Origin: Octopus sinensis
Lineage: Eukaryota
Reading direction: 5' to 3'
Assembly (NCBI RefSeq): GCF_006345805.1
Contig: NC_042997.1
Coordinates: 124,310,001 to 124,374,000 of the forward strand
Length of the DNA: 64,000 nucleotides
Part shown: in pieces, positions 42,920-55,353 of the stretch
Layout of the letters: the number at the start of each line of letters is the position of its first letter
Numbering within the stretch: the first letter of the stretch is position 1
Program-made: the position numbers and the translations under genes
Notes under the pieces: model-generated
The model's database searches: none
What the model saw: the letters and a program-made list of their open reading frames with translations, nothing else
Told to the model about the DNA's origin: nothing

Positions 42920-45900
42920 TTCCCTTTCCGATGAAGAGCAATTATTTCTCGACAAATATGCTAAAAATTACGGTAAAGTCTCTAGAACTCTAAGAAATAG
43001 CATTAAAAGTGAATAATCTTACCAATGTTGCCAATCTCACACGTGGCAACATGAACACTCATTTCACCATGAATTGAAGATGAACTACGGCAAGAACTCT
43101 TCCCTTTTTTTATGCAAACACCCTAATGCACATATGAACAAAAAGCAGAAGCAAGATAGATATTCCTTTTATCGGACCATTAGGAGTAGATATCATAGGA
43201 CATCGCTTTCAAGACCTCAACGGAAATTACCTACAAGAAACTGGGCAAAAAAACGATCTAGATCTGGAAGTGACCCTAGATCATTTCCCCAGGCGATTAA
43301 GAACAATACTAACAAGATAATGAAATATAATATGCATATCAAAAATAGGACAGAAAACATAACGAAAGCAAGCAGAATGCCACAACCAAAATGCAAACAT
43401 CAGCAGGAACATAAATCATAAAGAGAAAAATCCATTTTTTAATGTCAGGACAACAAACACCGGAGAAAGAAAACATCCAAGAGGAAACATACCCAAAAGA
43501 ACTAAACGTATTGATCCTAAAATATTTATTTTATCCAAAAGAGATCTTGACAATGATGAAATGCAACTTCTGTCAAGAAGACTGAAATTCACACCTACAC
43601 CAACAGTCAACCACTAAGAACTAAAGGAGGATATCCAAAGATTCTGTCGTAAGTTACGACTTGTACAATTCTTCACTTATAAGAGTAATGAAATTGATGA
43701 ATCCCTAGTAAAGAATAAATCAAATTTCACCCCACCAAAAGGAAGAAATAACTATCGTGACCAAGACATTGATATACTGTGTAAAGTTTCCTTTAGACGC
43801 GATACAAATCGGAGATTTCTGCATTTAAAATTATGCAAAACAATCAAACAATAATTGTTATTGTGGATACCAAATACTACAAGGATTTAATTGAGAACCA
43901 ACTGAAGGACACAACCTTCTATTGTCAAATACCTTCAAATATAAACCACCACATCATGAAGAAGATCAACAACCTGTTTTCAGATCACTGCAACCCACCG
44001 TTAATGAAAAGGAATATTTCATCAATTTCGAACCACAACCCAGCAACTTTTATGGCTTACCGAAAATACATGAATCAAAAGATATTCAACATGCAGTAAA
44101 AGAACAAGAAAATGAGTACATAAAATCACTATATCCAAAATATTTAAAATTTATACTTATTATAGCTGGTCCAGAATGCTCTACCCAGCGTCTAAGCAAT
44201 TTTATTGACATAGTTTTAAAACCCTTTTGTACCAACATACTCAGTTTCTTCTGGGATGACATCGACTACTTGTTTCATCTTCCCGAAACAACAGAAATGA
44301 ATTCACTTTTACTCAGTGTTGATGAGGTAAGCCTTTACACCAATATTCTGCATGATTTAGGAATAACCGATTAAATACTGGGTATAAAAACAGAGAAGTG
44401 ATTCTAAATACTCTAGAAGAGTTCAATACCCTCCTGAACAAGTTACACCCATCTCTCCAATTTTCAAAGATGAGTAGTACCAAATTACAATTCCTAGATA
44501 TAATAGTAATTAAAAAGGACACGACTATTAACACAGATATATACTACAAACACACGAATACACATCAGTACCTGAATTTTAAGTCATACCATTCCACCAC
44601 ATACAAAACGCAACATCCGATACTGCCTAGCCAGAAGAACTTTTACCTTTGTAGTAGATGCTAATATCAGGAACAAACACCTAACAGAACTAAGAGAATT
44701 TGTACTCAAACAAAAATACCCGTCTCTACTTATAGAAAATGGCATATTGCGGGCTATAAAAATGCCCATACAACTGAGGACAACCCAAAGAAGACGAAAG
44801 CAAGAACAAGTCATATTGTTTATAGTGGCACACAATTCATGTCACCAGAATATCTTCAACATTGCCAAAGCAAACCTACCAATCATAGCTCAAAGTAATG
44901 AATTAAAAGATATAATCACGGATCGAACTATGGTTCTTAGCGAAAGACAGCCTAGAAACCCGAAAAAATTATTAATAAAGACAAAGTTTGACCTCAGAAA
45001 CAAAGACCAATCGTTCACTGTCTCTAAATGCAATGATAGCCGTTGTGGCACATGGCAATTCATGCATAATGGCCAATATATGAACATAAAAACCGGAAAA
45101 TATTCACAAACGCAAATATGAAGTGCAAAAGCAGAAATCTACTTTACAGCATTAAATTCACGAATTGTGAAGAACTAAATGTGGGTTAGACCGGAAATGC
45201 ACTATCAGGACGTTCACGTGTGCACCGACAGCAAATTAAAGACCCAGATGTCCGTCAGATACCTTTGAGTAACCATTAAGCAACATGTGGTCGGAAAATA
45301 TTTATATTTCCATTCCACAAACTACATAGTCCAAGTGAAATTGAGAAAAAACCCAGAGAAATGAACTTTATTGATAAATTCCAACCCAAGCTAAATAAAC
45401 AAAAATAATAATACTAATACTTAGAGGCACTTTTTCTACTGCTACGACCACAACCATTAACAACAAGATTACTAAATTTCTCATGATGACGATAGCAGGA
45501 AAATACTGGCTAATTCAAGAGAAAAGACAGTAAAAACAATCTTATTTAGGGTTTAAAGTTCTAGTACCACAGCTACTCCAACCATCAACACCACCACCAC
45601 TAACGACAATAATAATAAAGGAGGTGATAATGGTGATGATGATAATTAAAATGTTGTTTACAACATTTCTAAAATAGCCAAACAATTACTGCTTCGGGCA
45701 GGGTCAAATTAATGGTCACTTGACTTGTTCAACAAACCGTGACGCCTAAACCAAACCAAACAACTTAAGAAATTTAGTGAAGCCACACGTTGATTGGTCA
45801 GAATACAGTTTGCAAAACTTAACATTCTGGAGCTTATGCAAATATATTAAAGGCAGACTTTTTAGTCATCTCACTACAGTTGTAAATTGTAAAACATAAA

Positions 45901-45985
45901 TGCCACCAATACTATATGTACCTGAAGATTGCATAGTTTAATGCATGAAAGTACTAGTTTAATCAGAATACACATTTAATATTCT
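42920..45985 (+). mobile_element. Degenerate Penelope-like retroelement (RT plus GIY-YIG endonuclease), RT core deleted
   Basis: Frameshifted pieces: ILSKRDLDNDEMQLLSRRLKFTPTP; NFYGLPKIH; LSVDEVSLYTNI; LNKLHPSLQF; FLDIIVIKKDTTINTDIYYKHTNTHQYLNFKSYH; and GIY-YIG-like CKSRNLLYSIKFTNCEELNVG*TG...RVHRQQI (about 45120-45405). Hammerhead-like motifs occur at both ends, and an (ATATT)n tail follows. Confidence 0.9.
45916..45960 (+). ncRNA. Minimal type I hammerhead ribozyme motif at the Penelope 3' end
   Basis: CTGAAGA (45922-45928), stem II TGCAT/ATGCA, GAAA (45947-45950), palindromic AGTACT stem III, CTA cleavage triplet. Stem I is weak. Confidence 0.55.
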
Positions 45986-46643
45986 ATCATTTCATTATAT
46001 TATATTATATTATATTATATATATTATATTATATTATATTATATTATATTATATTTTATTATATTATATTTTATTATTATAAGATTATAAATAAAACGTG
46101 AAAATCAGACAGAGTTGAAATTCCTTTCATTAATAAATATGTGTGTGTGTGTATGTATATGTACGTGTGTGTTTGTGTGTGTGTCTTTGTATGTGTGTTT
46201 ATGTATATATGTGTGTGTATATACATATATACATCAATATTTTTTTCTTTTAGTTGAAGTTTGAATCATTGTAACAAAATTTGAAATTTGATCGGTGTTG
46301 TAGGCTCAAAAAACAAAGCGATTTATAGAACATAGCTTTATTGTTATTTTTTTTCTGACATCTACTCAATCTTGTTTATGTATCTCTTTCATTGTTTGAA
46401 AAATATGTTTTCAAATCTAGAATTCAGGAAAGAATAGCAATATAAGTTTGTTTTTATGATAACAATTCTTTTGGCTTCCATATTTGTTCATATACATATG
46501 TACATATATATTCATACATACAAACACAGATATATGTAAAACACACACAAATGCATACATACACACACACATATATATATACACTCTCTCTTTCTCTCAC
46601 ACACACACATACACACACACGCACACACACATATCTATACATA

Positions 46644-46683
<40 letters not shown>

Positions 46684-46684
<1 letters not shown>

Positions 46685-46875
46685 AGTTGAAATTTACAGA
46701 AAAACAAAAGACGAAGACAGGTGTATGAATAACAAACAGGTGTATTAGTTTAAGGCTCGGGAAAGTGAGAAAGTCCTTTACGTTTCGAACCTACGCTCTT
46801 CAACAGAAAGAAATATAAGGATACGAACAGAGAGAGAATAAAAATTTAAAAAAAACTTGTGGATTTAGCGATCAA
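46684..46875 (-). mobile_element. Short (about 190 bp) non-autonomous repeat with a minimal hammerhead-like core (Penelope-type)
   Basis: Minus strand ttcttt-CTGTTGA-A-GAGC gtag GTTC-GAAA-CGTA-aagga at 46812-46774. It is homologous over its length to 63180-63360 and is flanked by TA-rich microsatellite. Confidence 0.7.
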
Positions 46876-47129
46876 TATTATATATTTTATATATTACACA
46901 TATGTTCATATATACATACATATATTCTATTTTGGCTGGGGGCGGGGTGTTCATCGATATGCGGGTATTCTATTTCAAATAATACAAAAATAACCTAATG
47001 AGTATATCTGATAGTAAACTAATGCTATCAGTTTGCACCTCACGAAATAATACTTAGAGGATATAACCAAAATTTCCAGCTGCGTATATGAGGTACTTCA
47101 TGAATTATATCATACTTTAGTTAATACTT

Positions 47130-47465
47130 GTGGCTCTGTGGTTAGAGCGTCGAGCTTACGATCGTGAGGTTGTGAGCTCGAATCCCGGACCGGGCTGCGT
47201 GTTGTGTTCTTGAGCAAGACACTTTATTTCACGTTGCTCCAGTTCACTCAGCTGTAGAAATTAGTTGCGACGTCACAGGTGCCAAGCTGTATCGGCCCTT
47301 GCCTTTCTCTTGGACAACACTGGTGGTGTGGAGAGGGGAGGCCAGTATACATGGGCGACTGCTGGTCTTCCATAAAAAAAAACAACCTTGCCCAGACTTG
47401 TGCCTCAGAGGGTAACTCTCTAGGTGCAAACCCATGGTCAGTGTCTGACCGAAGGGGGTCACCAT
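47130..47465 (+). mobile_element. tRNA-derived SINE with family C head and core
   Basis: gtggctctgtggttagagcg...gagctcgaatcccggaccggg (A/B boxes), then gtgttcttgagcaagacactttatttcacgttgctccagttcactcagctg. Confidence 0.85.
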
Positions 47466-47899
47466 ATATTAAATATGAAAGCACTACACGTGTTTTAGTA
47501 TTGGAAGATTACAATATATATACATATATAAATACATATATGCAATACTTATATTCTTTCAGCGGCGACAATTGTGATACGTTTCACGACGCCCTTCTTG
47601 GTTGGTCTTCAATTTCATGCTCCTGTGACTGTACTAATCACACTCAATGTTGTTGAGTGGCCTTCATTGTTTGTCGGGTGACGGAATTCTCAAAATATAA
47701 CACCTGATGTGAACCACTACTGAATGTGTTCTGCGCAAGCATTTTATATGATGCTGATCCCGTTCACTCAGCTGCTCCCTTCCCAATATTTGCACAACTT
47801 CCACGGCTTAAGACGCTGTGTATGCAACACACCTAAATAGGGATACTTGTGGATGGACTTGAGCATTTGAGAATTAAATATGTTGATATCCGGTACCCC

Positions 47900-48272
<373 letters not shown>

Positions 48273-48659
48273 TTGATGCCACCCTTATTGTTTAGCGAAA
48301 GGCTAATTTAGACAAGTGAACATATGAACAAAGAAATGCCTGCTGCGCCCATTTCGTCGTTTTTAACTTTTTCCGTTCTTCAGAAAATGACCTCCTAGGA
48401 TCACATTATCCAGCAAGCATTTTCATTAACGTAGAGTATGATTTGAGACAGGTTTGGCTTCTACTTTTTCAGGTCTAATGACCGGATATAATCTCCCAAT
48501 TTCGTCCATGTCCCATGTATTATGCATGGCATGTTACTTGTGCCAATCTCTCAGCTTCACGCCAAAGCCTAAACGACATACACATTTGCATAAACCGTAC
48601 TACACAGAACAAAATTACATTATATCATATATCAGTGACGAAAATAATATCAAACTTAC

Positions 48660-48765
48660 TTTATCTGGCTGACCGCATTGTCCTTTGTCATACCACCATT
48701 TCTTCTCCAGTTTATGTAGTTCTCCCTTTTCACGTAAAACGAGAACAGCTAGATTTATTGGCATC
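48660..48765 (-). CDS. GRIA: AMPA-type ionotropic glutamate receptor, internal exon (C-terminal S2/LBD; equivalent of vertebrate flip/flop exon)
   Basis: Minus strand reads ttttcag|G ATG CCA ATA AAT CTA GCT...CAG CCA GAT AAA|gtaagt. 106 nt = 1 nt + 35 codons, [35 protein letters not shown]. It matches the Glu[24 protein letters not shown] motif and has canonical splice sites. The symbol is family-level only; the paralog cannot be assigned. Confidence 0.95.
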
Positions 48766-48904
48766 CTGAAAACATAGATGAAATCATTTATAATAATATT
48801 GGAGTTATGTGCTTTTACATAATATACATTCACAGAATACGGCAATATCTGAAATGTGAAGATAAACTGATCATCGGCATTAATTGAATTTAATTCTTTT
48901 CTTT

Positions 48905-49168
48905 TATTCTTTTGCTTGTTTCGGCCGTTACAGTGCGGCCACGCTGGAGTACTGCTTTGAGTGGTTTTAGTCGAACAAATCGATCCCAGGATATATTTTT
49001 GAAGCCTAATATTTATTCTGTCGGAGTCATTTGCCGAACCACTGAGTTACAGAGACTGAAACACACCAACACCGGTAGTCAAGCGGTGATGGGAGGACAA
49101 ACAGACACACAAAGACACACACACACAAGCACATGCACACACCTACACCCAAATATATATACACACAC

Positions 49169-49208
<40 letters not shown>

Positions 49209-49365
49209 GTTTTATTTTTCAGTTTCCGTATAACAAATCAACACACAATGTCTGCTTGGCCCTGTGGTTACAGAAGACATTTCGCCAAGGTTCCACGCAG
49301 TGGAACTGAACCTGGAGCCTTGTGGTTGGGAAGCGAGCTTCCTACCACACAACCACGCTTGCACC
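48905..49365 (-). mobile_element. tRNA-derived SINE, family B, about 140 bp upstream of the S2 exon acceptor
   Basis: Homologous to the other family B copies, with an expanded internal CA/TA microsatellite. Confidence 0.85.
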
Positions 49366-49959
49366 TATATTTCTAGAAAACCTCGTGGAAATGTTTGATA
49401 CGTTTAAATGGTGTGCTTAGTAAAACGTATAATATTTTAGAACTCTTACACTTCATCCGAAAGCAGTTGCAGTGGATGTTGTTGCTTTAATAACAATCTA
49501 GTAAATGTATAAAATGCTAACTCCTAATTTTACAAGAGTGACTATGGAAGTTAAGTGGAATTTATAGCAAACATAACGTTCTGTACTAAAGAGCAAGAAG
49601 TCAGTTATCATTGTTTCTCTTTTCTTTTAACGCTCCTGGTGAAGGAATCGAAACCACTATGTTACGATAATGAATGAAACAACCTAGATCAATCGTTATG
49701 TTCACCGCGATCATTTTATTTTTTACGATGATCCGGTTCAGTCAGCTGTAAATGTGTTCCGGGAACAGCTGAAACGTTAACCCTCGTTAACCTAGTCCAT
49801 CAAACCGCGCAATGCGTGGGTTGTAGAAATATTTCATTTCTACGACACAGAAACCGAATTAAGCTCCATTCTTTTGAGCCATAACCTTCATGATACTTCC
49901 TACAAAATTTCGAAACTGATAGCTTATAGTAAATTTTTTGCATTCACTCATTCATCAAA

Positions 49960-50440
49960 AGAATTTCCACCGTGTTTCGTGGTCTGCTACCACAACATTT
50001 CCTTTATAGGATCCAGTTAGCTCAAGACATCATCAGGAGGAACCACGTCCGGTTTCGGCCCCTACTCCTCTACCGTGTTGACGTCCCCTCCCCCTTTCGG
50101 AGGCGTCTTCAGCTCTGGTGTTGGGGGCATGTCTTCTTTCTTCTTCTTTCTTCTGTTCCCTGGCCTCTTCGATGTAGCGTCAACGAGTGTCAGCGGGCGA
50201 TATCGCTCAGGCAGGAAGAATCCATATCTCTACTGATCGCAGTACACTAACTTGATGCACGCATTGATTTCGAGGATTTGCTTTAGTTACTTCGCTTGAA
50301 CTACATTACTTAAGATTCTGTATGTTCAGGTCGGGGCCGAAAGCTACAAGTGATGGATGGCACATTCAGTTCCGTACTGGATGATTCCAGCATCAATGAC
50401 ACTACGGTAATGAAGTATATGTCCTCTCCATTATTCTAAC
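49960..50440 (-). mobile_element. Possible highly decayed Penelope-like 3' remnant
   Basis: GC-elevated island. With one frameshift the minus strand gives QILE...AISRD.GFFLPERYRPL, resembling the end of PLE GIY-YIG ORFs. Scattered CTGAAGA, CTGATGA and CGAAAC motifs follow. Confidence 0.35.
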
Positions 50441-52282
50441 ATTACTTCCATACAATGATTTTTTATTAATTAATTAATTAAGTTATTTATTTATCTATTT
50501 TCAATTTAACACTCCATATCTGATATTTTTACGAACACATGCCTCGTTATCGTACATACTTGATTTTGGTCGTTGTGACGGTTTGACTACCAAGCAAAAA
50601 TAACATATCTAGTGATGTTACTTATTCTATATCTTCAAGTATATTCTTTATTGAATGGTTCATGGAAGTCTAAAGAACTGGAGTGTGTATTACACAAGAA
50701 TTTCCAAGTGAATAATCAATTATCAAAGAAACATACATGCACACACACTCACACACACATACTTGATCTATACACATGTGTTATATATATATATATACAT
50801 GAGTATGTTTGTGCGTATAAGTATATATTAAGATGTTTTCTTATACACTTTTATTCTTTGTTATAGAACAGGTAACTAAATACATGTAAATCATAAAGCA
50901 ACAGATAAATGACAGAGCAATATTTATTTTCCATTAATCTCGCGTTTACTGTTTGACATCCAAGACAAAGTGTACCAATCAATTGAAGTCAATTCCACTT
51001 CGGTACTTTTATCATACAACAAGTTATGGAAACGAGAATTTGTATCTAATGGTCTTGCCAAACTGCCTATTTGTATGTGAATATTAAGTGAGTCGATATA
51101 CATCAATATGAAGGTGTATAAGTATTATAATTTGTTCAGCTGGACTGCTACAAAAAACCCCCCCAAAAAATTGTATATGTTGATAGATACGTTAGCATTC
51201 TAGGGTTTCAAGAGGTTATGAGACAGTTAAGAGAAGGAATTACAATATACAAGAGTGCAAAGTAAATTATAGGAGGTGGTGTATATGCCACTGTTTATGT
51301 CATAGTATTGTTAATATTTGTGTTGTATATACTGTATAAAGGCTACTGAAATGTATGCCAGAAGCATTTCAAATGAAAGATAAAGCTTTCAAGGAAAAAA
51401 ACTATATTTGAGAACGCAAATCGACGGAAACGGCTGGAATAAACATGTTAATATTTATTACTAAGGTATATAGAAACATTGGAGAGGAATCTTCACGGGT
51501 GAATGTATAATTCCGTTATGAGAATCATCTTTTCAGATATGGATATGGTTGTGCTCGATGATATTAAGGGATTCAGAATATCTGAATTTGGACCTACATT
51601 CTTACCATCATCGGAGAAATCATGCTCATTTCTTTGCATTTCGCGAGTTGTTAAACAAAATTACTTGAATTAAACCCAATATTGTGCTAAACCTGAGAAG
51701 AAACGTCAATGGAGGAATATTCGTAATACGCACGTAAAATTAATACGTAAATCCACCGAGAGTGACAAATCCATATAGCAGGGAAATGAGTCAATAATTA
51801 CGTTTACAAAAACATTTGTGTATGACACGTGTTAAATGCATTCGCCAAAACTTAAATTCAAACGTGTGTTGCAATTTTCTCTTCTTCACTAAGCTGAAAT
51901 GAAGAAACAACTTTCTCGCTACAATTCAATATTCAAGAAGGCAATATGCCTGCCTGTAACATTGAATAAAAAGGGAAATCACATGGCAGTTATTATTGTT
52001 GTTAAGCAACGAACAGCTAAGAAACACAAGGCCAAAGGCATTCCTACAATAACATTCCTCAAATTCACGCATAGTTAAACCTGAACAACAATCTCGAATG
52101 AGACCGGTTTGTCATAGGGTAGAGCAGGGCGCACAATAAGAAGAAAATAATACACACATCATTTACTTTCAGTCATAAATATTAAATAAAAGGTTGTCTC
52201 AGTACCACATTACTTGATACTCAATACTTAAAGTTTCGTAGACCAAGATGTTCGTATGCATCCTCCATATTGATGTAAGCTG

Positions 52283-52581
52283 TTGTTCCTTCTCGAGCCA
52301 TGCTTGTCTCACAGAGCCGGTTTCCCGGTTTCCTTAGCGTATAGGTTCCCCACCTGGACGGGACGCCGGTCCGTCGCAGGTGAGCTGCAAGATGCAGGAG
52401 GAAAGAGTGAGAGAAAGTTGTGGCGAAAGAGTCAGCAGAAAGTTGATATTAGCTTCTGCCGGAGCTGCGTGGGGCTTAGGTGTTTCGCTCATAAACACAC
52501 ACATCACCCCGTCTGAAATTCGAACTCGCGATCCCCCGACCGCGAGTCCGCTGCTCTAACCACTAGGCCATGTGCCTCCAC
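52283..52581 (-). mobile_element. tRNA-derived SINE; tail shared with the 26301 copy
   Basis: Minus-strand head ggcacatggcctagtggttagagcagcggac...gagttcgaatttc. The tail ccggtttcccggtttc...ctggacgggacgcc matches 26330-26385. Confidence 0.85.
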
Positions 52582-52650
52582 TTTGATGTAAGTAGGTAGG
52601 TATATATGCACATGCATACATATGTGTGTACATACCTATGAGAGTATATG

Positions 52651-52684
<34 letters not shown>

Positions 52685-53195
52685 AGTGTGTGTGTGAGTG
52701 TGTGTGTGTGTTTGTAACAAAATAGGAAGCTGGAAATATTTTGGTATCATTTATTCTCCATTACAGGTATTACACGCATGCATATGTAGCATATATGAAG
52801 ATACGTTATGTGTGCATGTATTTTTGTGTGGTATGTGTGTATGCATGTATGTACATATATGTGTATATACATACCTCATTTAAAAGTATTACAGTTCAGC
52901 TTCCGATACATTCCGCTACTGAAATGCCCAATCGTTTGTCACTAGATATTTTACAACGGTTTCGTTATCAGAACAGTTACTCTCACCTACTCGGTTTCTG
53001 ACGGCTGGCCCTTATTGATGGCAGCCATGGACTACATTTTGAATGTGGTAAGTTAAAACTCTGACTTAAGCACTTATTCTGTGCAAGTTACGGAAAAGCT
53101 ACGCGTTCATATTATATTTTGTGTTTTATACTGTACGAAATCTCACTCACAAACATGTAGTATCCATGCATGTTTGTTTGTTTTGTATGTATGTA

Positions 53196-53466
53196 CAGTA
53201 ATGCCTCGATATACGAGTAATCTTGTTCTAGGAGGCCTCTCGTAAAGTGAAAACTCGTATAGCAGTGCAATGATTTCCCATAGTAGCAATGAAATTGTAT
53301 GCTATCATTTTACTTCATCGCTTTGTAGACGCGTCAGAACCAATGTTGGTACATGTGACGTTGCCACACACACGAAATGGCTGTTTAATCTTTTATATTA
53401 CTTACAAAATAAACTCGTAAAACCGGGGTCTCGTAAAGAGGATTCTCGTAAAATAAGATATGACTG
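53196..53466. mobile_element. Tigger/pogo-type MITE remnant
   Basis: Begins ta|CAGTAATGCCTCGATATACGAG and ends CTCGTAAAATAAGATATGACTG|ta. It has imperfect TIRs, a TA target duplication and repeated ctcgta motifs. Confidence 0.6.
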
Positions 53467-53508
53467 TATTAATACGTATGTGGTGTTTGTCTGTGTACAT
53501 ACAAAACT

Positions 53509-53602
<94 letters not shown>

Positions 53603-54692
53603 CATACATAAGTACATACATATATACATATATCCACAGAGAAATTCTATGAAGACACATATGCATTAATACATACATATGTTTACATATATATAGACTG
53701 ATTGATACATCTATAGCCGATTACGCAGTTTAAAAAGTTGTCGACAAAACAATTCAATAGCGAAAAAAACAACGTGTTATATCAATGTGAGTAATCGATT
53801 CAAATAACATTTGTTTACCAGATATACGTGCCTGGAATTACATTGCAAGATGTTGTGTGCAAGAAATTCTTAACTCACTAAAATTTTATACGTTTCATCT
53901 ACTTTAGGGCAAATCGTTGGCGATTCAGATGAACTGTACTTGAAAAAAAAAAACGAAGAATATGTTTAATGCTATTGCCCACACGATAAGAAAGTGTGGT
54001 TCAATTTTTGTCAGCCATTTTAAAATTTATTTTTAAAATGTTCTTCTCGAGAGTCTTGTTATGAAATGGACCATTGTCATATAACGACACATACACAGAA
54101 AGCTACACACATATGCATATATATAGGTGGTGGGTGTGCGTGCGTATGTATATGTGTTGTGTTAATGTGTGTGTGAGAGAGACAAAGAGAGACAGTGAGA
54201 CCCTATATGGGAGGTACACGGTCACACGTTATGTAAGTAGATCTATCTACCCTATTAATCTAATGTTATATCTGAAGTTTTATTAATTATTGTGCATCAG
54301 TGATTTTCTATTTAGCTGTCTCTATCTGAAATCTTTTGAAATTATTATAAAAAAAAATTAGATTTTTGTGGAAGATACATTATTAAACTGCATCAGATAT
54401 TTGTTTTAAATTTACAATTTATCAGGAAAATGTGAAAATATATGTCTGGAATTTTAGATATTTGAATTATATAGATATAGTTTTTTTATTATGTGTGTAT
54501 CAGTGTATTCGTATATATATGTGTGTGTTTGCATCTATACACACATATATAGATATAGTTATATGGGTATATGTATACAATCATATATATCTACATATAC
54601 ATATGTGTATATATATATACATACATACATATACATACATAAATGTATACATACATATATTTAATATATATATATATGCATATATATGTACG

Positions 54693-54727
<35 letters not shown>

Positions 54728-54803
54728 TACACATATACATACATAAATGTATGCAAACATATATATATACATAATACATATATATATGCATATATATATA
54801 TAT

Positions 54804-54842
<39 letters not shown>

Positions 54843-54857
54843 ATAATATATATATAT

Positions 54858-54941
<84 letters not shown>

Positions 54942-54944
<3 letters not shown>

Positions 54945-55232
54945 GTTATCGCCAAGCTAATATGGCAGTCCAGAAAAAATAGGACGAGTGCTGCCGTTGA
55001 TTAGCTCCAAGAGGTCATCGCCTATAGCTACCTATGTGATACACACAAATCTGTGTCCGTTACAACATTCGAATAGGGGAGGTCATCAGCTTTCTCAGTG
55101 TTCGAAGGTTTATAATGGACACAGGTTCGTATGTATTACATGGCTAGCTAGAGGAGATGACCTCTTGGAGCTAATCAACGGCAGCATTCATACTATTTTT
55201 TGGGCCTACTATGCTAGCTTGGCAATAACTAT
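54942..55232. mobile_element. Fold-back MITE, about 290 bp
   Basis: atagttatcgccaagcta...gctgccgttgattagctccaagaggtcatc pairs with gatgacctcttggagctaatcaacggcagc...tagcttggcaataactat. TA-flanked, at the edge of an AT array. Confidence 0.85.
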
Positions 55233-55282
55233 TAATACCGAGTACTTTGCTGTAGTCTCCTTTAGAGAGATTTAGAAATAAT

Positions 55283-55353
<71 letters not shown>

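Noticed and set aside
47130-47205. tRNA-like sequences (also at 52505-52581 and the heads of other repeats)
   Set aside because: They lack a complete cloverleaf and continue into shared SINE bodies, so they are SINE heads rather than tRNA genes.
47560-47890. Minus-strand KYPYLGV and a GAAACGTA motif suggesting another retroelement fragment
   Set aside because: Too short and stop-ridden to assign; no other RT motifs are recognisable.
50341-50410. Minus-strand peptides resembling iGluR S2 motifs (IQYGT; MLES)
   Set aside because: Flanking residues do not match GluA, stops follow within a few codons, there are no suitable splice sites, and the segment fits better as a transposon remnant.
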